A stretch of DNA of 64,000 bases, taken from positions 31,558,001 to 31,622,000 of the forward strand of contig NC_073403.1 in assembly GCF_028641065.1 (NCBI RefSeq), written 5' to 3'. The translations under genes were made by a program, and so were the position numbers. The stretch comes from Leucoraja erinacea (taxonomy: Eukaryota). Numbering within the stretch: position 1 is the stretch's first letter; each line of letters opens with the position of its first letter. The notes beneath the pieces were generated by a model. It ran no database searches and had not been told where the DNA came from. It was given only the letters and a program-made list of their open reading frames with translations. Below are positions 11,801-24,885 of this stretch, piece by piece.

Positions 11801-14800
11801 TGCCAGCAAGAAGAAGGTACAGGAGCCTGAAAACTGTAACGTCCAGGTTCAGGAACAGCTTTGTCCCTACAGCCGTCAGGCTATTAAACACAATAAGCTC
11901 TGAACTCTGAACTGCAAAAGCCTATACTATTATTGCTCTATATTTGTCTTATTTATTGAACTTTTTTTTCTCTTCCCCCGTTATGTACTATGTTTACATA
12001 TTCACATTTTCTGTTGTGCTGCAGCAAGTAAGAATTTCATTGTCCCATCTGGGACATATGACAATAAAACACTCTTGACTTGAGCTCTCCATGTTCACCA
12101 GGTATCTATCTCAATTATGATTCCTAAGATGGATGGCAGGTCAATACAGAGGAATCTCCAGGTGTGGTTGAAATGTATCCTGCTATCTCTACTCAACTCT
12201 GCCAACATCCTCACTGGTCTTTTGTTTTAATGCTCTCTGGATACAAGGCCATTTAAAACTCTGCTGCCATGTGTTAATTGCATGGGTTTTGCTCATCTGT
12301 TATCATTCTGCTTTTTGACTTATTTTGGCTCAAATTACAACCAGATGCGACATTATATTGTACAGGGGTTTGACAATCTTTGGAAATCATTTTCAATGCA
12401 TTTGAGATCCTGAAACATTGGGAGGAAGAATGCAGCTGTGAAACATAGTGGACATAGGTTTTAGATGAAGAGGGAAAGATTTAATAGGAATCTGAGGGGT
12501 CACTTTTTCACATACAGGGTAGTGGGTGTATAGAACGAGCTGCCGGAGGAGGTAGTTGAGGCAGGTGCAATCACAACATTTAACAAACAATTAGGTTTAG
12601 AGGGATATATGGGGCAAACGCAGGCAGGTGGGACTGGTGTAGATGGGACATGTTGGTCGGTTGGGCCGAAGGGCCTGTTTCAATGCTGCATGACTCTGTG
12701 ACTAAACATGCTGAAGTCTCAGTGGTCACTGGGCTGTATTGTGGGTCTTTAAACCACTAAACCATGAGCAGGTTTGGATGGGATGTGCTTGTCTTGTGAA
12801 GGCGGCACTTTCACTCATAGGTTCACAGCATACAACCAGTAGTCTGAAGGCCACACAATGACTGAAAATGTGCAATCACACATGAGAGAGCGCATGAGGT
12901 TTGATAACTGTCAAAGCTGTTGATCAGTTATACCACTTGTGTGAAACAGTCTTTTTCTACAACCCACAATGTATGTTCATTTTAACTAATAAAGGACCTG
13001 TGCATCCGATATCAAGCCTTTTCTTTCTGTCTTTCAAATTTTAAAATATTATTTTAATCTCACAACAGTGCAATATCGTCTTGTCTAGTTAATTGTCAAT
13101 TTTAACGTAATCCTGAGAAGCTTCTGTGAATTTCACTGCTGCCCTATGGTGCAATATGGTGTTGCTGTGTCATCAGTAAATATGATGATGATACACCCAC
13201 TGTTCCTGCAGGAATGTGACATTTCAGCAAACTATGTACATATTGTGCACTCTTTCTTTCGTCAAATGACTAGTCTTTAACTAGCCCCCGAGTCTTCCAT
13301 AATGACTATGCATTGAGTGACAAACTCAATCTATCATCAGAAAGCCAGTTTAGAGCAGTTTAGAGAGAGAGCATGGAAATAAGCCCATTGGCCCAGCGAG
13401 TGCACACCAATGCTCAATCATCTGCTCACACCAGTCCTATGATGTCCCCTTTCTCATCCACTCACTGTACAGTGTCTTTGGGATGTGGGATGAAACTGGG
13501 GAACCCCACATGGAGAACGTGCAAACTCCACACAGACATATTCGAGGTCAGGAACCACCCTAGTTGAATGAATGCTTTGTCACATGTGCCAAATTGCAGT
13601 GAAATGCTTTGTTTCTGCATACCCACGGTTTGCAAAGAGTCACCACATAAAAGGTACCAACAAAGTAATGGGATAATTACGCTACCAGCGTTTGTGCAAC
13701 AGTTTACAAATTCCTATTCAAATTGATGCATCTTGTCTGAAAAAGAGTTTTGTTGTTGTAACAGAGCTAACTCAAGTCATAAACCAGCATCTGCTGTTGC
13801 TCGTAGTTCAAGTCAATGTTATTCTTACTTTGTGCGTCCCCATATTCCTCATTTCATATGAATTAGACCTTTTGGCCCATTGAATTGTGGCTGATCTATC
13901 TTTCCCTCTTAAGCCCTTTCTCCAGCCTTCTCCCCGTAACCCCTGACACCCTCACTGACTGATTTGAATAAGACATGCGATATGGTATCATGTTACCCAG
14001 GGTTATTTAAATCTACAAACAATAAGGGGTTCATTCTGAGAATATTTGGAACCCGAAATACAGCTTTACCGTCAAATCTGAGCGTGGTTGAGCCAAACAC
14101 TCGACCTTGCCAATCTTTTTCAAATGACTTCCCATTTTAACACTTTGGAAATTCCCAATACAAACAAACACAAGAGATGGGGCAAGTGATACAGCGGTCT
14201 GTTTTTGATTAGTCACAAAGAAAACAAGAAAATGAAATGTAGATGTTCTAAGTCCTTGGCCAATGAAACAGTGTATATTCATCTGTGCTTTTCTCACCAA
14301 GGATGACTGGATTGTTTAGTTTAGAAATACAGCGTGGAAGCAGGCCCTTCAGCCCACCGGGTCTGTGCCGACCAGCAATCCCCGCATATTAACACTATGC
14401 TACACGCATAAGGGCCAATTTTTTACATTTACCAAGCCAATTAACCTACAAACCTGTACGTCTTTGGAATCAGATTCTGATTCAACTTTATTATCATTGT
14501 GCAGTGTACAGTACAGAGACAACGAAATGCAGTTAGTATCTCCCTAGAAAAGCGACATAAATATGAACAATAAATAAATCTAATTACGTGCATACAGTCA
14601 TAGTATTTTTGGTCTGGCAACGGAGAGACCTGTAGCGCTTCCCGGATGGTAGGAGGGTGAACAGTCCATGGTTGGGGTGAGAGCAGTCCTTGGCGAGGAT
14701 GAGCGCCCATCGCAGACAAAGTTTGTTTTGGACAGATTCAATGGAGGGGAGTGAGGAACCGGTGATGTGTTGGGCAATTTTCACCACCCTCTGCAGTGCT

Positions 14801-17800
14801 TTGAATGTGGGAGGAAACCGAATATCTTGGAGAAAAGCCATGCAGGTCACCGGGAGAACGTACAGACGGCACCCGTAGTTGGGATTGAAACCGGGTCTCC
14901 GGCGCTGAATTCGCTATAAGGCAGCAACCGTACCGCTGTGCCATCGTGTAGGGAGTTGACATGTATTTGGCTTCAGAACACATGGTGCTAAAGATTGAAT
15001 GCAACGTGGAATGGAAATACTTCCTTCCTAATAGGAATGGAATGTACAACTAGCAATAGAAGCCTTGTGTCCTTGTGCAACTTGGGATGGTATTAGTGGA
15101 GCTTGCCTTGTCCATACCAACTTTCCCCATGCTGATTGAGATACTTAAGATGTATGAGATACTTGAGCACAATAGTGTTGCAGTTATCAATATGCCACTC
15201 GTTACACTTCACAGTAAGTGTCAGATGTCAGCCTTGCTTCATTTGGTTGCACACAACCTTCCGATTATCAATCATATGATCAACCCCCACACACTGTGTA
15301 CATGACAGTATCTAGCGAGTTGGAATGGTACTTTTGAGTTTAGTCTTATTGTCACATGTATCAAGGTACAATGAAAAGTGTTTGTATACTATCCAGTTAA
15401 AGAATAACAACACATGAATATAATCAGGTCATCCACAGTACACACAAAAAGAATAAAGGCTACAACATTTAATGCAAGTGCAACAGTCCAATTAAAGACA
15501 TTTCAAAGGTCTCCAATGAGGAAGATGGGAGGTCAGAACTACACACTAGCTGATGAGATAACTATTCAGTTGCCTGATAACAGCTGGGAAGAAACTGGTC
15601 CTGCGTCTGGATGTATGGTTTTCAAATTGCTATATCCCATGCCTGATGGGAGAGGGGTGAAGAGGGAGACTCATCCTTAATTATAATCGTGGCCTTACCG
15701 AGGCAACGTGTAGATGGAATTAATGAGAGGGTGGCTGGTTTGTGTGATGGTCTGAGCTATGCACACTGTTCTCTGCAATTTCTTGCTGTCTTGGATGGAG
15801 CTGTTCCCAAACCAAGGCAATAAGATACTTTCCACGGCACATCTGTAGAAGTTGGTGAGGGTTGTTGGGAACATGCTAAATGTATGGAGTTCACAGAGGA
15901 GCTGTTGATTTCTCTTTCAACATCATTACTAAAGCACAAGTGTATATCTAAATCTGCTCAGCTAAAGAGACACTGCTGACTGGAAATTGGCAATGGGTTT
16001 TGCCAGCAATGACACTTCCATTTAATTTCAGTCGATGTGAAAAGGTTTGTTTAAAAAGTGCTTCATCAATTCTGTTTCATGAATTTATTGTACATGATGC
16101 AATATGAAAACACTGTGCAGATTTTCTGGCACCTCTGTGTTACTATCCATCTTCCCTGGTGTTGGGCTGGTTCTACTGCCATGATGCCCAGTGCAGGATG
16201 GCAGAGGTCCATTGCCTGCATTGCCGAGCACAGTGCAACGGACCTCCTCAATGCAGGTAGCCAGAGACAAGCACAGGATGGTTTTGACACGAGTGAATCC
16301 CCTTCTCCACCCTACTAGACAGTCAAAGCTGCCAAGTGATCAGCACCACTGCAAGTTTGTGAAAAGCTTTAACTTTCTTTGCCAGCGGACATGATTAAAG
16401 TGTAGATATGGGAGCCTTTCCATTGAGTAGTGAAATACAATTCTGCTTTCCAACTCTCAGAACACAAGGTTGGCGTAGGAGTCGGTCACTTAGCTTCTCA
16501 GACCTGCCCTGCCATTCAATATGATATTGACTGGTCTGCCCCAGACTGATGAAGCCTGGTGAAGGGTCTCAAGCCAAAACGTCACCTATTCCTTTTCTCC
16601 ACAGATGCTGCCTGACCCGTTGAGTTACTCTAGCTTTTTGTATCTATCTGCTACACTTTTCTCCACATCTGTGCCCTCAAATCAGATCTTACAAAAATGT
16701 ATCCACTACTTTATATCCTCCAATGTTCCAGCGTCCACGACTCTCTGGGTTAGAGAACTCCAACGATTCAATACTGAGTTTGTCCCCATATGTCTCGGCT
16801 GTAAATGACTGTCCCCTAACCTTGTACAATATTCCCTCGTTCCTTCTTCTCCCGTGAATGGAAATATCTGAACATCTACTCCAGTATATCCCCCCCCAAT
16901 ACCCACCTCCAAGGATATTATGTTTCACTAAGATAACCCCTCATCATTATGTACTGCAGACATTATTACAAATGGGATGAGAAGGAATTTCTTGAGCCAG
17001 AGGGTGGTGAATCTGTGGAATTCATTGCCACCAAAGACTGTGGAGGCCAAGCCAATAGATATTTTTAAGGTGGAGATTGACAGATTTTTGATTAACATGG
17101 GTGTCAGAGGTTATGGGGTGAAGGCAGGAGAATGGGGTTGAGAGGGAAAGATAGATCAGCCATGATTGAATGGTGGACTAGACTTGATGGACCAAATGGC
17201 CAAATTCTGCTCCTATCACTACTGAACTGCAAAGATGCTTGATTGTTTTTCTTAACTCCCCTGCTAATCTTAGTTCAGGCAACATATGCCAAGACCATCT
17301 GTTTCCATGTTATCATTTACCTGTACATAACAATAAATATTCCAACTGCTCAGAGTAAAACATCTTTTGCTCTCCTTCCTATTGAACTGATAATGCGGCA
17401 GTCCATCTAAAGGGAGATGTTTGGAGCAGTGGATCTGCCATTGAATGGTGCCTGTGGCCTTGTATGTTGGAAGATTGCCCACAGCCACTGCTGTATAATT
17501 ATTGCCAGTCACAGATCATGGTGCAGTATCTCGTTCATCAATTTCATTCGGAGTGTTCGTGCGGAAACTATCTCCTTCAGCGAAGCAGGAGAAATATTCT
17601 AATTTTAAAATGCTGCTTTACAATGTTTGTTTTAATCCCTATCTTTAAAAAAAAAAGTGGTTTTGACCATTTGACCTACGGTGTTTAGAGGACTGGGGTA
17701 ACATCTGCACATTCTGAAGGAGACAACAGGAAGGTTTATCTCTATAATGAGCTGAAATATTCCCCTTTGCATTGGCAGAAAGTGACATTTTTTCTGCTGA

Positions 17801-17822
17801 AGCACGTTGGGATCTCTTGAGG

Positions 17823-17831
17823 ATGGCAAAG
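17823..17831 (+). CDS. ARHGAP27: Candidate alternative first coding exon end (M-A-K) splicing to 18157
   Basis: aggATGG has A at -3 and G at +4; followed by AAG|gtaatt donor in phase 0, matching the phase-0 acceptor at 18157; no transcript evidence. Confidence 0.4.
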
Positions 17832-18156
17832 GTAATTAAAAAAAATAAACAAGGAGCAGCAGGTGATGGTTTACAAAAAAAAAAGGTCAAAGTGCTGGAG
17901 TAATTCAGCAGGTCAGGCAAATTTCTTTGCCTGCCCCACTGGGTTACTCCAGCTCTTTGTCCTTTTTTTTTGTAAATCAGCATCTGCACTTCCCTATTTA
18001 GCCATCTTACTGCTCCACTGTGAAATCTCTCCCTCCAGAGATGCTGCCTGACCTGCTGCGTTACTTCAGCATGTTGGGTCTTTAAATGTAAACTGCAAGT
18101 TTGTTCTCATTTCTTACATGGACTTTTACTGAATCTCATTTTGTTTTATTTTAAAG

Positions 18157-18558
18157 ATTTTCAACGAGAAGCCCGAGTCGGTGTATCAGAATGTTGGCCA
18201 GCTGAAGCAAGAGTTTTCAGAGGAACCATCAGTTCCCAGCACCGGCGTAACCACTCAGCAGGAGGAATGGGAAACCCACATTGACCAGAGGAGTGGGCTA
18301 CACTTCTACTATAACGCAGTGACGAGTGAGACCACCTGGGACTGTCCGTTCACCAGCCCTGACGACAGCGAGCAGCCAACCCCTTCTTCCCGCAGTTCCA
18401 GTACAAGTGTTCCCTTGGACGGATGGGAATCGCTCTTCGATGACGTTAGTGGCCAGCCCTATTACTACAATCCAGCAACTGGGGAGACGACGTGGGAACC
18501 ACCAGGAGAACCAGAGGCAGAGGTGATGGAGCGTGGGGGTGCACTCCCAGACCAGAGG
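18157..18558 (+). CDS. ARHGAP27: ARHGAP27-like exon (phase 0-0) encoding two WW domains: IFNEKPESVYQNV...EEWETHIDQRSGLHFYYNAVTSETTWDCP...DGWESLFDDVSGQPYYYNPATGETTWEPP...LPDQR
   Basis: Acceptor ttttattttaaag at 18156, donor AGG|gtatgt at 18559, 402 nt open frame, two W-x-YYN-x-TTW-xP WW signatures; joins in frame to the next exon. Confidence 0.9.
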
Positions 18559-20449
18559 GTATGTAACTGAGGTTGGATGGAAGGGAAGCGTGCCAGTTTG
18601 TATCTCTTTTGGGAAAGTAGAAACTGATAATTGGCTTGAAAGGTCCACGAGATTCCCCTCTATTCAATTCTGTGGATGAAACCCTGTGGAGCACACTATC
18701 CCTCATCTTAACATACCTTTCTGATTGGCAAAACAATGTAATGAAACACTGCAAATGTTTAGCAGGTCAGGCAGCATCTGTGGTGAAGGAAAACGAGTTA
18801 AAATTTCAGGTCAAAGACCTTTCACATAGCCTGATAATGGTTCCGCTTAACCTTGTTTCTCTCTCCACTGTTGAATGTTTCCACCATTTTCTGTTTTTAT
18901 TTATTTTTCCTGATCTGCAGTTTTAAAAAAAAAATCATCTTTAATTTTCACGAATGCCCTATGCCTGGAGATTGATTGAATACTTTGTGAAGGACCATAG
19001 TTGATTACTTTGGTGGGGCTGGGCCAGGCAGATGCCAAGAGTCTTGAGACTCTAAAGTTCAACCCTGCTTAAATGAATTAAAGAAGTACAGCGCATTTCA
19101 GCGAGCAATCAAACTCAACCTCCTTTCTTTAATCACATATACAGTAGTCTCAACCCCTTTCTGTTTTTAAACCATCGGTATTACTGGTGTTGGCCTATTA
19201 TTGTAACCTGTACCAACACAGTGAAAGCCTTTGTTTTGTGTGCTATCCAGTCAAATCACTCCATATACAAGTCGTCAAAAGAGCAGTCCTGACCTCCCAT
19301 CTACCTCATTGAGCTTCGATCTATCTCTAATTGGACTTTACTGGACTTTATCTTGCGCTAAATAATATACACTTTATCCTGTATCTATATGTTATGAATG
19401 GTTAGATTGTAGTCATGTATAGTCCTTTCGCTGACTGGATAGCAGACAACAAAGCTTTTCACTGTACCTCAATCCGTCCGCGTGACAACATTAAACTAAA
19501 CTGAACTACGCAAGTGTGACAGGCAGCGCAAAGAGGAAAATCAACAGTGCATAATATGGTGTTGAAGCTACAGAGAAAACCTTGATAGTTCCACTCAGCC
19601 ATAGTTGATGGAGCCCTCACACGCACTTCCTCCATTTCCCACAGATTTGCTCTCAGCCCTCTCTCCAACAAGATGGGGCCTTATTAGGACTTTCCCTTCC
19701 ACCCGCAAGTCAGTTGGTCATACCTGGCCTGGTGTTGCATGGTAGCAAAGATGAAACTGGCTTTGGTTTAAGTGGATGGATGCTGGCAATTCCAATCAGT
19801 GTCTTTGGTCTCAGGCAGTTGGATTTGGTCCTACGAATGGTTCTTAATGCTTCCAGTCACTTGCTACTATCCTTTAGATAGTGTAGATGCTGGCTATGTG
19901 TGAATACAAGTTTATGCATGTTAACATCTTCTCTCAAATGCCTTAAAAATCAAAATGTAGGAGGGATGTCCTTTTTATGGAGAAACGAGAAAATAAAATT
20001 TAGCTGATGAAAGAAATATGCAGGAATAGAGAGAAAAATGAGTATTTGTACATCTGGCTTAAGCATCCATTCACTTTGCCGGTATCACTGCATGAACAGG
20101 ATGCAGTGCAGCCACTTGAATGGATATTTTCTGCTGTGCCTTGCACATCACAGACATCACGGACACTGTGGGTAGCACAGTGACACATCCAGTCACTGTC
20201 ATTCACCAGTAGTTGGCATTGCTGACTGCTGTGGGTGCATCTTCACCAGTGCAGTGGGTCAAGATGATGTCTCCCCAACACTTCCTCAAAAGATAGATAA
20301 TGGGGCATCCCCACTGGGTACTCCGACATTTCCAATATTTCACATGTTTTTAAATGGTGACCTTCCAAGCTTGATAAACATGACAGAATGTGGAACACAG
20401 ACCCACTGGCTCTGGGGTTTGAGGTTCTGTTATCACATCTGATGTCCGT

Positions 20450-21790
20450 AGTCTGATGAATGGTCTTGACCCAAAATGTCACCGGACCTATGTCCAAGAT
20501 ATCTCGCATGCCCTTCATCTCTTTAATGACTTCTGCATTCCGAGCTTCCACTCCCTCATCTTTACTATGAACGTTCAGTCACTCTACACCTCCATCCCCC
20601 ACCAGGAAGGCCTTAAACCCCTCCGTTTCTTTCTCGACTGCAGAACCATCCAATTTCCCTCTACTAACACTCTACTCCAAGTCCCTCTATGCTTGCCTCT
20701 TTGTAGGGTACGTTGACAATCCCTGTTCCAAGCATACACTGATCCCCGAACTGATCTTCGATACATTGACGACTGCATCGGTGCCACCTCCTGCACCCAT
20801 GCAGAACTAATGAATTTCATCAACTTCACCACCAATTTCCATCCTGCACTAAAATTTACATGGACCATCTCCGACACCTCCCTTCCCTTTCCTGATCTCA
20901 CAGTCTCCCTCACAAGAAATAGACTATAGACTGACATCTATTACAAACCCACCGACTCCCGCAACTATCTCGACTACACTTCTTACCACCCTGCTTCCTG
21001 CAAAGACTCTATTCCCTACTCCCAATACCTCAGTCTACGCTGCATCTGCTCCCAAGATGAGGTGTTCCATACTAGAACATCTGAGATGTCCTCATTCTTT
21101 AGGGAATGGGACTTCTCCTCTCGCATCATAGATGAGGCCCTCACTCATATCTCCTCGGTACCCCGCAGCTCAGTCCCATTAGTCGCAACAGAGACGGAGT
21201 CCCCCTCGTCCTTAACTTCTACCCCATCAGCTGACTCATACAACACGTAATACTCTGAAATTTCCACTACCTCCAACGGGATCCCACCACTAGTCACATC
21301 TCCACCCCTTTCCGCCTTCTGCAGAGACTGTTCCCTCCGCAACTACCTTGTTAACTCATTCCTTCCCACCCAAACCACCCCCTCCCCAGGTACCTTCCCC
21401 TGCAGGCGATGCAACACCTATCATTATACCTTCTCCTTCGACTCTGCCCAGGGACCCCGACAGTCCTTTCAGTTTAGGCAGAGGTTCACTTGCACCTCCT
21501 CCAACCTTATCTACTGTATCCATTGTTCAAGATGTGGGCTCTTATACATCGGCGAGACCAAACATAGACTGGTCGCTCGTTTTGATGAACACTTTCGCTC
21601 AGCCCGCCTGAACCTAACTGATCTCCCGGTTGCTAAGCACTTTAATTCCCCTTCCCATTCCCACACTGACCTTTCTGTCCTAGGTCTCCTCCACTGTCAG
21701 AGTGAGGCTAAATTGGAGCAACAGCATCTCACATTTCGTTTGGGCAGCTTACAGCCCAGTGGTATGAATATTAATTTATCTCACTTCAGG
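20450..21790 (+). mobile_element. Degenerate Penelope-like element: hammerhead-like motif, RT remnant and GIY-YIG endonuclease remnant
   Basis: Translates to FTMNVQSLYTSIPH, RYIDDC, TDIYYKPTD and FTCTSSNLIYCIHCSRCGLLYIGETK; stops and internal deletion present. Confidence 0.9.
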
Positions 21791-22315
21791 TAATAATAAT
21801 AATAAATTTTATTTATGGGCGCCTTTCAAGAGTCTCAATGACACCTTACAAAAATTTAGCAGGTAGAGGAAAAACATGTAAGGGGAATGAAATAAATAGT
21901 AGAGACATGATTAGTACACAAAGGAAAGACAGAATTCAATTCAAAACACAATATGAGGCAATTAATGCACAGATGAAAAGGGAGGGGGACGTGGGGCTAA
22001 GGATAGGCAGAGGTGAAGAGATGGGTCTTGAGGCGGGACTGGAAGATGGTGAGGTACATGGAATTGCGAATCAGTTGGGGGAGGGAGTTCCAGAGCCTGG
22101 GAGCTGCCCTGGAGAAGGCTCTGTCCCCAAAACTGCGGAGGTTGGACTTGTGGATGGAGAGGAGACCGGCTGATGTGGATCTGAGGGACCGTGAGGGTTG
22201 GTAGGGGGAGAGGAGGTCAGTGAGATATGGGGGGGGGGGCCAGATGGTGGAGGGCTTTGTAGGTGAGGATCAGGATTTTGCAGGTGATCCGGTGGGAGAC
22301 GGGAAGCCAGTGGCA
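21791..22315 (-). mobile_element. L2-clade LINE 3' end
   Basis: Minus strand reads HWLPVSHRI...YKALHHLAP...GDRAFSRAAPRLWNSLP; 3' tail ataaataaaatt(tat)n. Confidence 0.85.
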
Positions 22316-22404
22316 TTCCCTTTCTCTATCCAAGTCACACAAAGGTTCTCATTTTCACCCAATAAAAATGTTTCCTTTATCATCGTTACTATTTTGCATA
22401 TCTT

Positions 22405-23990
22405 TTACTTCTTCTTTGATGTCCTTATGGTATATAGTGGCTCGCCACTGCTGTACACATCGTTGCACTATTGGAGTGTTATGTGCAAGGTCTGCAGTAG
22501 TACATGGATTATCCAGCAATGGGCATTGCAGTGGGTGTTGCATTGTCTGGGTCTGTGTGCCAGTCACAGGCTGTTGTACCCTCGATGTAGCCCCACTTGT
22601 GCATTGTCACACTTGACCGCCCGACCCCAGTTCGCAGTCAGTTGAGGCATCACCAGTTCAGCCAGTGTTCATCAGCACCTGGTGGTAAATGCTCTGCTGC
22701 TGGTATGTGCCCATCTTGGTGGAAATAGTGACAGTGGCTAGTCTGTTCTTCCACATCTGGAGGTGAGCATCAGCTGGTGTTGTTTCCAATAGGGTGACGC
22801 TGGTTAGGAAGCTCTCACAGGATTTTAACCGCCTATGAGGGGGCGCTTGGCTGTGTAATGGGTGTCTATCGTCTGTCAATTGTTTCAGACGCTCTGTCCT
22901 ACTTGCAACAGCTCTCCTGATGTCTGGGGGAGCGATGCCAGCCAGTTGTTTATGCCCGTGGATCAGAGGCAACCAGTGATGCTATGGCAGCTGCCATTCA
23001 AGGATGAGTCTATCTTCTTTGCATGCGTAGATCTCTCCCAAGCAGGGCAGGCATATTCTGCTGCAGAGAAGCAGGGTGTTATGCCTGTAGTACATACTGT
23101 TGGGTTGGCACCCCATTTGGTGGTGGTGCGTTTGTTCTACATGTTGTTGCGGGTGCCCACCTTTGCTTTAGTTTTTTCCACATGTGCCTTAAATGTTAAG
23201 CAGCGGTTGAGTGTGACTCCAAGGTAGACTGGGTTTGGGCAATGTGCTAGTGAGAGTCCAGACCATGTGGCATGTAGTTGATGGTTAGCCTCTTGCAGGC
23301 ACGGAATTCGCAATGAAAACATGGGGGGACGCAATTTCCTGGTGGCCGCGCGTGCTTGCGCACACTCACACACACGTGAGGCTTCAGCCGTGGGCCCTGT
23401 GGAGACGCACTGTCAAAATAAATTTAAACGAGAGAGGTGGCGGAGTTAGCACTCGGTGCTGGTGCTCGGTCTGTTCAGCAACAAGGGTGAGATCAACATC
23501 AGACAAGGCGCAAGTGTGGAGAAAAAGACTTAGTACGGAGTCAGGATCTAAACCCGTGTCCCTGGCGCTGTGAGGCAGCAGCAACACGCGGACCGAGTGG
23601 CCTCTCTCTCTCTCTCTCTCTCTGTGTACCTGCCAGCAGCCGCAGCAGACCCTCCGCCTTCCAGATAGAGAACCACATCCCTGGCGGTGACCCGGTCCTA
23701 GTTCCCTCTGCTCATCGGGTGCCGACTCCACGCTGTACCGAATCACCCCCGAGTCAAGCGGTGCTGGGCTGGAGGAGAGAGCGAGATGCATTAGTGCAAG
23801 GCTCCGTACGTGGGCTTGAATCGGTCTGTTCATGGGGTCTTTCATCGGCCGGCGGAGGCTTCAACATCGGGAGCCTTGATCGCCTCGATGCAGCAGTTTG
23901 ATTTTAAGACGTGCCGGATGCTGAAAGGACCCGCAAATGGGCCAATTCAGCCCTTAGAAAACGGCTGATAAAGTCCAGATGACAAAACAT

Positions 23991-24025
<35 letters not shown>

Positions 24026-24170
24026 TCCCCCCCGCCTCCCAAAGCATGGGGGGGGGAACGTGTCCCCTCCGTACCCCACAGGATTTCCGCCCCTGGCCTC
24101 TTGGTTCCTAGGGTGGAATGCACAGACCTGTCTTTACGGTGGGTTGGCACGCAGCTGGTTTTCCTCATAT
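22405..24170 (-). mobile_element. Degenerate Vingi/Ingi-like LINE 3' part, split by a hAT MITE
   Basis: Minus-strand peptides QVCAFH, PVYLGVTLNRCLTFKAHVEKTKAKVGTRNN, KWGANP, SAAEYACPAW, LAGIAPPDIRRAVAS, C-terminal Cys/His motif (QTMQH..QCP); clade call from memory. Confidence 0.7.
23296..24095. mobile_element. hAT-type MITE with 8-bp TSD
   Basis: Termini caggcacggaa / ttccgcccctg; exact GCCTCTTG at 23288-23295 and 24096-24103. Confidence 0.9.
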
Positions 24171-24885
24171 CTTTTATTCATTGTTCTTTATCTCTCTACA
24201 TCATCGTCTATATCTCTTGTTCCCCTTATCCCTAACCAGTCAAAAGAAGGGTCTCAACCCAAAACGTCACCCATTCCTTCTCTACAGAGATGCTGCCTGT
24301 CCCACTGAGTTACTCTATCTTTTGTCTATCACCTGGATTCTCTCAATTTCCCTTCCTAAACGAAGGAATGACATTGGCCACTCTCCAGTCCTGAGGGACC
24401 TCGCTTTTGGCTAGAGAAAGATCTTTGGCCATTGCATTCGCCATTCTTGCCATTCTCATTCGCCATTCTCCCAATAACATGGGATAGATCCCATTGGGCC
24501 CTGGGGATTAATCCGCTTTAATGCTCTTTGTGCCCCAACCCCACCTCCCCCTTGATTTCAAACTGCCCGTGTATATTAGTGTGCCCTTTGATATCACTGT
24601 CCTCTATGATCTGTTCTTTGGTGAATACAGATGCAAAGTACACATTTACTACATCCTCTTACTACAAGCATAAATTTGTCCTTTATCCTTGAACAGTCCT
24701 ACAGTATATTCTCCTTGGTTACCCATTTAGTTTGGAGGTATAGCACGGAAACAGGCCCTTCGGCCCACTGAGTCTTCAGCGATCCCCACACAAGGGACAA
24801 ATTACATTTATACCAAGCAAATTAACCTACTAACCTGTACGTCCTTGGAGTGTGGGAGGAAACCGAAGATCTTGGCAAAAACCCA

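Noticed and set aside
17417-17602. 61-aa ORF upstream of the first WW exon as an SH3 or N-terminal exon
   Set aside because: No SH3 signature and no convincing in-frame splice sites; it ends in a stop
23991-24023. Long G/C homopolymers (also about 3894, 32516, 60420, 60824) as functional G-quadruplexes
   Set aside because: They sit within or beside mobile elements, and homopolymer lengths are unreliable in assemblies
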